From NCBI GenBank assembly GCA_947501555.1, contig CANMWG010000002.1:8224-72223 (forward strand): 64,000 nt of DNA. The letters run 5' to 3'. The translations under genes were made by a program, and so were the position numbers. The notes under the pieces were generated by a model that ran no database searches, was not told where the DNA came from, and saw only the letters and a program-made list of their open reading frames with translations. The DNA is from an uncultured Rhodobacteraceae bacterium. GTDB lineage: Bacteria; Pseudomonadota; Alphaproteobacteria; Rhodobacterales; Rhodobacteraceae. Below, piece by piece: positions 46,041-54,420 of the stretch (positions are counted from its first letter, which is position 1; each line of letters opens with the position of its first letter).

Positions 46041-47105
46041 CTACTCCAGCGCGAACCACGCATCCGGGTTTACGGCAGCTTGCCCGTCTCTCACCTCAAG
46101 ATAAAGCGTTTGCTGCGCCTGTCCCGTAAATGATGACCCGTTTTCGGTCAAAATACCGTCAACTCCGGTCGGTGTCCCGCCCAAAAGCCCAACCGGTGCG
46201 CCAGCCGGTAAGATTTCGCCGGATTGCACAAAAACATCGGCAAGTCCTGCCAATATGAACAGCACATCAGTGGAAGGTTCCAAGATCACGACAGTGCCGA
46301 AATCCAGCAACGGGCCCTGAAACAGAATTGTTGCGGGCGCAGGCGTTGTCACCAAGGCGCGCGGGGCTGCAGCGATTGTGATACCGGGTCGTCCGTTGTC
46401 CGGCAGCACAATCCCCGCCACCGGAAGCGGCAGGTTCGCCGCGGCGGCAAGGGTTGTTTCGGTGTTCGGCACCTCTGCGGCAAGGCTTGTCGAGAAGTCT
46501 TGCAGCGTCTCAGCACTGGCAATCAGCAATGCCGTTTGCAATGGATCTGCATCAAACCGCATTGGCAGGAGCGTGCGGTCTGAGATCGCTTGCCCCAAAG
46601 CAGCCCGCGCGGTTTGTGCGCCCTGCAGCCCGTCTTGCAAGGTTTGGGTTGCTGTCTCACGCGCCGCCCGCAATGCGCTTGCAGTGTCCATTTGCGTGCG
46701 GAGTGCCGTGGCCTCGGCCTGCAAAGCGGGCGTCATATCCGCCAGCAACATCCCCGCGCGTGCCGCGTTCTGCGGGCCCTGCGGATGGCTGAGTGTTACC
46801 TGTCGCGGCGTGCGTGAAATCGCGCTGAGTGCCCCAAGCAACTGGGCCACTTGGCTGCGCCTTGCAGCCAGATCATCAGCAATCGCCGCCTCACGCAGTG
46901 TGATATCCCGGACGCCTGCGCGCATTGCGACCAATCCAGCCTCATAGGCCTGCACGGTTGCCGTCAGTGCCTTGATCTGGTCACGTCCACTTTCTGCGGC
47001 TTCCAATTGCACCCGTGCGGCCTGCAGCTGCGCTGCGGCATCCACCGCCTCTTGCTGCGCTGCAAGCGGGCTTGCCAGACAAAAAAGAAGCGCTGCTATT
47101 TTCAT
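46041..47105 (-). CDS. Murein hydrolase activator EnvC-like protein (coiled coil plus degenerate M23/LytM domain)
   Basis: Signal MKIAALLFCLASPLAAQ, a long Ala/Gln-rich coiled coil, and a C-terminal LytM-like YLEVRDGQAAVNPDAWF. Confidence 0.8.
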   Translation of the reverse strand: MKIAALLFCLASPLAAQQEAVDAAAQLQAARVQLEAAESGRDQIKALTATVQAYEAGLVAMRAGVRDITLREAAIADDLAARRSQVAQLLGALSAISRTPRQVTLSHPQGPQNAARAGMLLADMTPALQAEATALRTQMDTASALRAARETATQTLQDGLQGAQTARAALGQAISDRTLLPMRFDADPLQTALLIASAETLQDFSTSLAAEVPNTETTLAAAANLPLPVAGIVLPDNGRPGITIAAAPRALVTTPAPATILFQGPLLDFGTVVILEPSTDVLFILAGLADVFVQSGEILPAGAPVGLLGGTPTGVDGILTENGSSFTGQAQQTLYLEVRDGQAAVNPDAWFALE

Positions 47106-48613
47106 GTGATCAGGCTGCGGCCCGTCATTTCGGGTGGCAGTTCCAGCCCCATCAGATCAAGGATCGTGGGGGCCAGATCGGCCAACCGCCCGTCGCGCAG
47201 CTGTGCCCCATCCGGACCGCCCACCAAGACAACAGGCACGGGGTTCAGCGTATGCGCGGTGTGCGGCCCGCCCGTGTCGGGATCGATCATCGTTTCGCAA
47301 TTACCGTGGTCAGCGGTGACAATCATCGCCCCACCTGCGGTTTCCAGCGCTTCAAGCACGGCACCAAGCCCCAAATCGACTGCCTCGCAAGCTTTGATCC
47401 CGGCATCCAGATCGCCAGTATGTCCAACCATATCGGGGTTTGCGTAATTGGTAATGATCATGTCGTAGCCGTCTTCGATGGCTTTCACGAAATTCTCAGT
47501 GACTTCGGCGGCAGACATTTCGGGCTGCAAATCATAGGTCGCAACTTTTGGTGACGGGGCCATGTAACGGTCTTCGCCTTTTTCGGGGGTCTCGACCCCG
47601 CCGTTCAGAAAGAACGTCACATGCGGATATTTCTCGGTCTCAGCCAAGCGGAACTGGCGCAGCCCCTGTTTGGCAACCCATGCACCCAATGTGTTCTGGA
47701 TATCCCGCTTTGGGAAAACGATATCGAACCACGTGTCGTGTTTGTCGGAATAGCTGACCATGCCTACGAGGGCCGCCAGATCAGGCTGCGCCCGATCGAA
47801 CCCGTCAAAATCCGGATCCGCGATTGCCGCGAGAATTTCGCGCGCCCGGTCCGAGCGGAAGTTGAGACAAAAGAGCCCATCATCTGCGCCGACCCCGGCA
47901 TAGTCGCCGATCACGGTGGCGGGAATGAACTCATCCGTCGTGCCATCTGCATATGCTGTGGCAATGGCGGCCTGCGGATCAGCGGCGGTCAAACCCGCCC
48001 CATCGATCATTGCATCATAAGCGGTCTTCACCCGGTCCCAGCGATTGTCACGGTCCATGGCAAAGTAGCGCCCGATCACAGTGACGATTTTTGCAGCGAC
48101 AGGCAGCTTCGTCTCAAGTTCTGCCATAAATTCCGCGGCCGAGGATGGGGCCACATCACGCCCATCCGTGATGGCGTGTATCGCAACAGGCACGCCCGCA
48201 TCGGTTAGCGCTTTGGCGGCCGCAACGATATGATCCAAATGCCCATGCACACCGCCATCGGAAACGACACCCATTAGATGAGCCGTGCCACCGCTGGCTT
48301 TCATCTTGTCGATAAACGCAACCAAGCCCTCAGCCTTTGAGAAACTGCCGTCTTCAATCGACATCTCGATCTGGCCCAAATCCATGGCGACCACCCGGCC
48401 AGCACCGATATTGGTGTGACCAACCTCCGAGTTGCCCATCTGGCCAGACGGCAACCCGGCGTCATTGCCGTGGGTCAAAAGCTGGGCATGCGGGCCCTGC
48501 ATCACCCGGTCAAAATTGGGTGTCTTGGCTTGTTTTGGGGCATTGCCCGCAGTTTCATCACGCAAACCCCACCCATCAAGGATACAAAGGACAACAGGTT
48601 TCGGTGCAGACAT
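47102..48613 (-). CDS. gpmI: 2,3-bisphosphoglycerate-independent phosphoglycerate mutase
   Basis: 503 aa. VLCILDGWG, GNSEVGHTNIGAGR and TADHGN motifs. Confidence 0.96.
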   Translation of the reverse strand: MSAPKPVVLCILDGWGLRDETAGNAPKQAKTPNFDRVMQGPHAQLLTHGNDAGLPSGQMGNSEVGHTNIGAGRVVAMDLGQIEMSIEDGSFSKAEGLVAFIDKMKASGGTAHLMGVVSDGGVHGHLDHIVAAAKALTDAGVPVAIHAITDGRDVAPSSAAEFMAELETKLPVAAKIVTVIGRYFAMDRDNRWDRVKTAYDAMIDGAGLTAADPQAAIATAYADGTTDEFIPATVIGDYAGVGADDGLFCLNFRSDRAREILAAIADPDFDGFDRAQPDLAALVGMVSYSDKHDTWFDIVFPKRDIQNTLGAWVAKQGLRQFRLAETEKYPHVTFFLNGGVETPEKGEDRYMAPSPKVATYDLQPEMSAAEVTENFVKAIEDGYDMIITNYANPDMVGHTGDLDAGIKACEAVDLGLGAVLEALETAGGAMIVTADHGNCETMIDPDTGGPHTAHTLNPVPVVLVGGPDGAQLRDGRLADLAPTILDLMGLELPPEMTGRSLIT

Positions 48614-48716
48614 GACAAATTCCTTCTTTTCTCAAATCGGTCCTAGCGCAACACCGCAATAAACAAAACCAATCCCCTTCTTATTTCGTCAAAATACTCC
48701 CGCGCGGAGCGCATCC

Positions 48717-49187
48717 TTAGGCCCGATGATAAGGACCACCCGATAGGATCGACGCCGCCCTATACAACTGCTCAGCCAACATCACGCGGACCAGCATATG
48801 GGGCCAAACCATCTTGCCAAAACTCAAAGACGCATCGGCGCGGGCGCGCAAATCGGGATCAATGCCATCGGCACCGCCGATGACAAAGGCCACATCTTGG
48901 CGGCCCTGGTCGCGCCAATCGCCCAACTGTTTTGCAAAATCCGGGGACGACATCAGCTTGCCGCGCTCATCCATCGTGCAGACAAGCGCCCCATCAGGAA
49001 TAGAGCGACCAAGCAAAATGGCTTCGGCGGCCATGCCGCCGCCCTTTTTATCCTCAACCTCGATCAGTTGCGCAGGGCCAAGGGCCAAGGCCCGCCCGGT
49101 CCGGTCAAACCGGGTGAGGTAATCGTCATAAAGGTCACGCTCGGGCCCTTTGCGCAATCGGCCCACGGCGCAAATTTGCACGCGCAT
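48717..49187 (-). CDS. rlmH: 23S rRNA (pseudouridine1915-N3)-methyltransferase RlmH
   Basis: 156 aa from MRVQICAVGRLRKGPE. SPOUT C-terminal region (FGKMVWPHMLVRVMLAEQLYRA). Its start overlaps the rsfS stop (TAATG). Confidence 0.92.
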   Translation of the reverse strand: MRVQICAVGRLRKGPERDLYDDYLTRFDRTGRALALGPAQLIEVEDKKGGGMAAEAILLGRSIPDGALVCTMDERGKLMSSPDFAKQLGDWRDQGRQDVAFVIGGADGIDPDLRARADASLSFGKMVWPHMLVRVMLAEQLYRAASILSGGPYHRA

Positions 49188-49624
49188 TAGCTGGCGGTGG
49201 CTGCCCCGGGCTGCCACATCTTTTCAAGCTGATAAAACTCGCGCACTTCCGGCCGGAAGATATGCACGATGATATCGCCCGTATCAATCAGGACCCAATC
49301 GCCGGTGTCCTTGCCTTCGGTCTTGGAGATGATCCCGAAATCCTGCTTGAGCTTATCAGCCAGCTTTTCTGACATCGCCGTGACCTGACGGGTCGAGCGT
49401 CCGGATGCGATGACCATAAAGTCGCCGATCTCGGACTTGCCGCGCAGATTGATCTGCACGATGTCTTCGCCTTTGTCGTCTTCAAGGGATTTCAGAACAG
49501 CCGCCAAAAGGGCTTCGCTGGTCACAGTTTGCGGAGCATTCATAGCTGGTGCTCCTGATTTGGCTGTCGTTTCAGCCGCGGTGGAAAGAGACAGTGCATT
49601 GTCCTCCTTATGATGCGCCGTCAT
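49187..49624 (-). CDS. rsfS: Ribosome silencing factor RsfS
   Basis: The C-terminal 110 aa (LEDDKGEDIVQINLRGKSEIGDFMVIASGRSTRQV...DWVLIDTGDIIVHIFRPEVREFYQLEKMW) is typical RsfS. The ATG at 49624 is chosen; an alternative ATG lies at MNAPQT. The upstream part of the 272-aa track ORF is rejected. Confidence 0.88.
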   Translation of the reverse strand: MTAHHKEDNALSLSTAAETTAKSGAPAMNAPQTVTSEALLAAVLKSLEDDKGEDIVQINLRGKSEIGDFMVIASGRSTRQVTAMSEKLADKLKQDFGIISKTEGKDTGDWVLIDTGDIIVHIFRPEVREFYQLEKMWQPGAATAS

Positions 49625-49679
49625 GGCCCCGACGCCGGGCATAAGCGAAAGGTAGCAATGCCCGGGCCTTTTTTCAACA

Positions 49680-50201
49680 TCAGCGTTGCGGGCAATCAGG
49701 CATATTCTGCAATTGTTCGTCTGACGTGACGGCAGATAGCGGGCCGTTGCGGACCAAGGGCAGAAAGGCTCCACCTTGTGCGACCTGGATCGCCACGCTG
49801 ACCTTTGCGTCATCTGCTGGCCCTTCGTCAACCCGACAAGGCGAAAGCGCGACAGATAGCGCACCGCTGCTGGCATCGGGATTTTCGTCCTGCCAATCCA
49901 GCGCCAGAGCCTGCAATGCACGTAAATCTGCATAGTCCGCTGGATCAATGGCAAACACTGACCCAGTCCGCTGCAATGTAAAGAACCCTTCCTCCGAGCG
50001 CTCAATGTCGGTCCGTCGGACCGAAAATATTAAGAGGGCTTTGCCCGGGCTGACATCGATCCCGGACGGCAGCGTCAGGTCGACCGCAAAATCCGCCGGG
50101 TCGGCAGTCAATGGTGACAGGTTGCCAAGTCGCATCACCGTTGTGGGCGCAAGGCTAGTGCAAGCGGACAAGGCCAGTGCAGATAAGCAGGCAAGTTTCA
50201 T
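49680..50201 (-). CDS. Hypothetical lipoprotein
   Basis: Lipobox MKLACLSALALSAC. GGGGA ribosome-binding site 5 nt upstream of the ATG at 50201. No known domain. Confidence 0.6.
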   Translation of the reverse strand: MKLACLSALALSACTSLAPTTVMRLGNLSPLTADPADFAVDLTLPSGIDVSPGKALLIFSVRRTDIERSEEGFFTLQRTGSVFAIDPADYADLRALQALALDWQDENPDASSGALSVALSPCRVDEGPADDAKVSVAIQVAQGGAFLPLVRNGPLSAVTSDEQLQNMPDCPQR

Positions 50202-50268
50202 GATAATCCCCTTTGACATGAATTATTTATTGTTTTACGATAATTTTTTAGCAATAGAAAGGGAAATT

Positions 50269-50796
50269 ATGTCTAAACCAAATGATGTAACAAAGCTCGC
50301 CGGCGTATTACGCGGCCTGACCATCGCTGCGATGATTGTTCTGCCTGTGACGGTCATCGGTGGTCTCATCGCGATGCCATTGGTGCCTGAGACGTTCAGC
50401 GGTGACTTTAACGTTTCACCAGACGCGACCTCGGCCCAATTGACGGCTGCCGTTGCGTTGAACTTGTTCAGCCCTCTGATCCTGATCTGGACATTGAACG
50501 AAATGCGCAAACTGTTCGAATCATACAGCAAGGGTGAAATTCTGACTGATCATTGCGCCCTGCTGATCCAGCGCATTGGCCAGGGTTTTCTGGCGTTGGC
50601 CATTGTCCCGTTTGTGTTACGCCCGATCCAATCGGTCATCCTAACCTGGGCCAATCCGCAAGGCGGACGGAGCTTAGCCATCGGTCTGAATAGCGATATG
50701 ATCTTTTTTGCCCTTTCGGGCGGGTTGATCGTGGTGATCGGCTGGGCCATGCGCGACGCATCTTTTGCTGCGTCAGAAAACCGGTCGTTCGTATGA
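50269..50796 (+). CDS. DUF2975-like membrane protein
   Basis: 175 aa, 4 TM helices. It has the classical pairing with, and a 4-nt overlap onto, a downstream YozG-type HTH gene. AAGGGA ribosome-binding site. Confidence 0.65.
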   Translation: MSKPNDVTKLAGVLRGLTIAAMIVLPVTVIGGLIAMPLVPETFSGDFNVSPDATSAQLTAAVALNLFSPLILIWTLNEMRKLFESYSKGEILTDHCALLIQRIGQGFLALAIVPFVLRPIQSVILTWANPQGGRSLAIGLNSDMIFFALSGGLIVVIGWAMRDASFAASENRSFV

Positions 50797-51014
50797 AAGA
50801 GGTCGAAATTGTCGTCCGTCTCGATGTGATGCTGGCCATGCGCAAGATGAAGTCACGCGATCTGGCCCAAGCGGTGGGGATCACGGAACAGAACATCAGC
50901 CTGCTTAAGTCCGGGAAGGTAAAAGGCATCCGATTTGAAACGCTCGCCCGAATTTGTGCCGTCCTGAACTGCCAACCCGGCGATTTGCTCGAGGCGCTGA
51001 CGATTCCCGAATGA
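50793..51014 (+). CDS. Small XRE/Cro-type HTH transcriptional regulator (YozG-like)
   Basis: 73 aa. LDVMLAMRKMKSRDLAQAVGITEQNISLLKSGKVKGIRFETLARICAVLNCQPGDLL. Confidence 0.85.
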   Translation: MKEVEIVVRLDVMLAMRKMKSRDLAQAVGITEQNISLLKSGKVKGIRFETLARICAVLNCQPGDLLEALTIPE

Positions 51015-51234
51015 TCTTTGCTGCGCCTGCAGACCACGTCTGGCAGATTCGGGAATACACCTAATCGCGAAGTACCGACACACTATTACACCTAAGGTAG
51101 AAGAATACAACCCGAGGGGTAGTTTTCCGCTCAAAATTTATGCTTAATTACAATGCTTTAGGATGATTTGAACCAAAATTTCGCCGCATTTTTTGGATAG
51201 CAAGAACGGAGTTGTAAACAGTTGGACTAGTCAA

Positions 51235-52188
51235 ATGCTAAACCGAAAAAGAATTGCGCCGGGCCATCGGCGCGTTGCGCGCCTTCCCGCGCTCATCGTC
51301 GCCTCCGCTCTTTGCTGTGGCGCAGCACACGCTCAGAACCTTTCACCATCAAACGCGACCACAGATGTCAATTTTGAGGTCGAATCCGACGGGGCCGACC
51401 GGATCGTTCTGGCTGGCAAGTTGCGCACATTAACCCAGCAAGTTGCTGCGGCTTCTTGTGCCGTTACCTCGGGCATCGATGTCCAGGAAGCGCATGATGT
51501 TCTTGTACAGGCGACAGCCGATTTTGATCGCTATATTGTTGCTTTGCGCGACGGAGATGAAGAACTCCACATCTTGGGCCCTGAAGAAAATGGACGCATC
51601 AAACGAGATCTGGACCATGTGCTGGAAGAATGGTCGGCGATCCATGGCGCGATCGACAGCGTTATTGCAGATGACAATGACGTCGAAGGCGCCCATATCA
51701 TCGATGACCACAACCTGAAACTTCTTGAACTAACCACCATCCTGTCCTCGGATATTTCAGGGCGCTACTCGCACCCCTTCGAAATGACAGCCCAAGACGC
51801 GATGATGATCGAAATCGCAGGCCGCCAGTTGATGCTGACCCAAAGGATGGCCAAGGATTCCTGCGAAGTCTGGACCGGGTATCACAGCGAGGAAGCCAAG
51901 GCAGACCTTGCCGCGACCATGCAAATCTTTGAGACCTCATTGAATGCACTCCGTTACGGCATGCCTGATGCCGGCCTGCAGGCTGCCCCAAATGACGTCA
52001 TTCGCACCGATCTGGACATCCTGCTCGAACGCTGGGACGTGATTAAGGTGAACCAGCAAACCCTTGTTGACGGTGGCGAGTTAAACGAAGAGCAAAAGAC
52101 CGAGATTTTCCACGATCTGCTGCTCGAGCTACATGATCTAGAACATCTTTTGCACGACTACAAAGATCACTCAGAACGCGCCCACTAA
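51235..52188 (+). CDS. Periplasmic protein made of two PilJ/NarX-type four-helix-bundle sensor modules, with no output domain (tandem paralogue 1)
   Basis: Signal RLPALIVASALCCGAAHA. Two LAGKLRTLTQQVA / IAGRQLMLTQRMAK P-box-like motifs typical of PilJ-N/NarX sensor domains. The start at 51235 is inferred from homology with copy 2. Confidence 0.7.
   Translation: MLNRKRIAPGHRRVARLPALIVASALCCGAAHAQNLSPSNATTDVNFEVESDGADRIVLAGKLRTLTQQVAAASCAVTSGIDVQEAHDVLVQATADFDRYIVALRDGDEELHILGPEENGRIKRDLDHVLEEWSAIHGAIDSVIADDNDVEGAHIIDDHNLKLLELTTILSSDISGRYSHPFEMTAQDAMMIEIAGRQLMLTQRMAKDSCEVWTGYHSEEAKADLAATMQIFETSLNALRYGMPDAGLQAAPNDVIRTDLDILLERWDVIKVNQQTLVDGGELNEEQKTEIFHDLLLELHDLEHLLHDYKDHSERAH
51781..52188 (+). 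repeat. Near-identical 408-bp direct repeat, copy 1 (3' end of paralogue 1)
   Basis: Manual alignment with 52946..53353 gives 6 mismatches in 408 nt. Identity begins abruptly at GAAATGACAG and ends at the stop codon. Confidence 0.9.
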
Positions 52189-52228
52189 GGCCTGCTGGTC
52201 TCAGCAGAGAATAACCTGTCTCACCGAT

Positions 52229-52266
52229 CCTTCCTGCGACGCATGAAAGCCTCGCAGGAAGGGTTT
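52229..52266 (+). terminator. Strong hairpin (11-bp perfect stem CCTTCCTGCGA/TCGCAGGAAGG) followed by GTTT
   Basis: Read directly from the sequence. It lies 41 nt after the stop of paralogue 1 and probably separates the two paralogue transcripts. Confidence 0.5.
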
Positions 52267-52396
52267 AAACGCCCGTTAAAACAACACTAAACCCACGCCT
52301 ATTGTATTAATTAAAGAATTAAGTTCGCTTTTGAGTCACAAATTCCTTGCCTTGAATGGCGATGGGCGAACGTTAATTCGTAACTGGACAAGTAGA

Positions 52397-53353
52397 ATGT
52401 CAAATCCCAAAAATTTCGCTATGAGCCTCACGCATTTCATCACTTTGCCTTGCGTCGCCCTAGCGTCCGCAATGCTTAACATTACCCCGGCCAACGCGGG
52501 GCCCCTACCCAGCCCAGGGTCCACGTTGGACGTGAACTATATCATCGAATCGGACGGCGCTGACCGTATTGTATTGGCCGGAAAACTGCGCACCCTGACA
52601 CAGCAGGTTGCCGCCGCATCCTGTTCTGTAACATCTGGCGTTGATGTCGAAGAAGCCCGCGCCATTTTGGAACAGGCGACTGCGGACTTCGTTCACTATC
52701 TCGCAGCCCTTCGTGACGGCGACGAGGAACTGCACATCCTCGGACCCGAAGAAAGTGCACGCATCACCCGCGATCTGGACCATGTTCTGGAAGAGTGGGC
52801 CGCCATTCGCGGGGCCATCGACACCGTGTTGGCCGATGCCAACAATGTTGATGCGGCCCATGTCATCGATGATCACAACCTCGAGCTGCTTGAGCTGACT
52901 ACCATCCTGTCCTCGGACATTGCTGGTCGCTATGCGCATCCCTATGAAATGACAGCCCAAGACGCGATGATGATCGAAATCGCAGGCCGCCAGTTGATGC
53001 TGACCCAAAGGATGGCCAAGGATTCCTGCGAGGTCTGGACCGGGTATCACAGCGAGGAAGCCAAGGTAGACCTTGCCGCGACCATGCAAATCTTTGAGAC
53101 CTCATTGAATGCACTCCGTTACGGCATGCCTGATGCCGGCCTGCAGGCTGCCCCAAATGACGTCATTCGCGCCGATCTGGATATCCTGCTCGAACGCTGG
53201 GAGGTGATTAAGGTGAACCAGCAAACCCTTGTTGACGGTGGCGAGTTAAACGAAGAGCAAAAGACCGAGATTTTCCACGATCTGCTGCTCGAGCTGCATG
53301 ATCTAGAACATCTTTTGCACGACTACAAAGATCACTCAGAACGCGCCCACTAA
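52397..53353 (+). CDS. Periplasmic PilJ/NarX-type double sensor-module protein (tandem paralogue 2)
   Basis: Signal LPCVALASAMLNITPANA. Same architecture as paralogue 1. The C-terminal 135 aa are nearly identical to paralogue 1. Confidence 0.7.
   Translation: MSNPKNFAMSLTHFITLPCVALASAMLNITPANAGPLPSPGSTLDVNYIIESDGADRIVLAGKLRTLTQQVAAASCSVTSGVDVEEARAILEQATADFVHYLAALRDGDEELHILGPEESARITRDLDHVLEEWAAIRGAIDTVLADANNVDAAHVIDDHNLELLELTTILSSDIAGRYAHPYEMTAQDAMMIEIAGRQLMLTQRMAKDSCEVWTGYHSEEAKVDLAATMQIFETSLNALRYGMPDAGLQAAPNDVIRADLDILLERWEVIKVNQQTLVDGGELNEEQKTEIFHDLLLELHDLEHLLHDYKDHSERAH
52946..53353 (+). repeat. Near-identical 408-bp direct repeat, copy 2 (3' end of paralogue 2)
   Basis: See copy 1. Upstream coding sequence of the two genes differs at most synonymous sites. 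Confidence 0.9.
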
Positions 53354-53383
53354 AGCGGCCCGCCGTGACGCTTTAGGCTGCGC

Positions 53384-54409
53384 CTATTGCCTTGGGTCAA
53401 TAAAGGCCTTGCCATCTGGCTGTGCCAGCACATCTGGAAGTGCCTCTATCGCTTGCGATAGGGGCACAATCCCCGCCACATCCGTCTTCCATTTGCCAGA
53501 TACAAACCGCTCCTGAATTTCCGCAAAAGCCTGCGGAATGCGCGCCGGATCAGCCTGTTTCATCCAGCGTGTCAGCCAGAAGCCCTCGATCACCTTGCTT
53601 TGGAAAATCAATTGCGCCATCTGGTTCAACGCAGGCGCCTGGGTCGACAATTTCCCGTAGTTCACCCAGCGCGCGTGGCTAGGCATTGCAAAGAACAGAT
53701 CCGCAGTGAATTGATCGCCCACCGCATCAAGCAGAACGCATGGTTTCAGCGTCTTAAGAATATCTTTGGCTTGGGCCAGCGGATCATCCCCGCTAGTGAC
53801 GATCACCTCTGCCGCACCCAAAGCCAAAAGCGCCTCAGCCTGTGCGGCCCGCCGTACGACGGCGATAGGCTTGATCCCGGCATCCCGCCCCAGAGCGATC
53901 AGCAATTTACCCAATTGTGAGCCTGCTGCATTCAGAATGAAACTGTCCGCACCGCTGTCTTTGACCAGATCGAACATCGCAATTGCGCTTAACGGGTTGA
54001 CCAATTGGCCCGCCGCATCAACTTCGGACAAGTCAGGCCTGCAAGGGACCAGCCCACTGGCGTCTGTCATCGCATATTCCGCCCATGTGCCAGAGGCGCT
54101 GGCAAAGAAGCTAACGCGTTGTCCCAAGAGCGGTGTATCCCCAGCCACAACCTCGCCCACACCCTCAAACCCCGCAGGCAGGCCTTTGATCCGGGGTTGA
54201 CCGTATTCGCCTTTGATAAAGTGAATGTCCGAAGGGTTTACGGCGGCCAGATGCACTTTGATCAGCGCTTGGCCCTTGCCCGGTGCGGGCACCGGGATCG
54301 TTTGATGGGTCAAGAATGGAGTCACATCCGCAATATTGGGTCCAGTTTGTGTATTGGCATAGCCATCGTGCAACTGGATCAGGGCGGTCATGTCGGTTGG
54401 GAGGGTCAT
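53384..54409 (-). CDS. Zinc-binding/medium-chain dehydrogenase family, quinone oxidoreductase-like
   Basis: 341 aa. GroES-like N-terminal part (VHLAAVNPSDIHFIKGEYG) and a Rossmann NAAGSQLGKLLIALGR. Confidence 0.85.
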   Translation of the reverse strand: MTLPTDMTALIQLHDGYANTQTGPNIADVTPFLTHQTIPVPAPGKGQALIKVHLAAVNPSDIHFIKGEYGQPRIKGLPAGFEGVGEVVAGDTPLLGQRVSFFASASGTWAEYAMTDASGLVPCRPDLSEVDAAGQLVNPLSAIAMFDLVKDSGADSFILNAAGSQLGKLLIALGRDAGIKPIAVVRRAAQAEALLALGAAEVIVTSGDDPLAQAKDILKTLKPCVLLDAVGDQFTADLFFAMPSHARWVNYGKLSTQAPALNQMAQLIFQSKVIEGFWLTRWMKQADPARIPQAFAEIQERFVSGKWKTDVAGIVPLSQAIEALPDVLAQPDGKAFIDPRQ

Positions 54410-54420
54410 GTAAAACCTAT

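Noticed and set aside
49625-50005. A long N-terminal extension of rsfS (272-aa track ORF).
   Set aside because: It would overlap the lipoprotein gene 49680..50201 on the same strand in another frame. RsfS homology begins only after the internal ATG.
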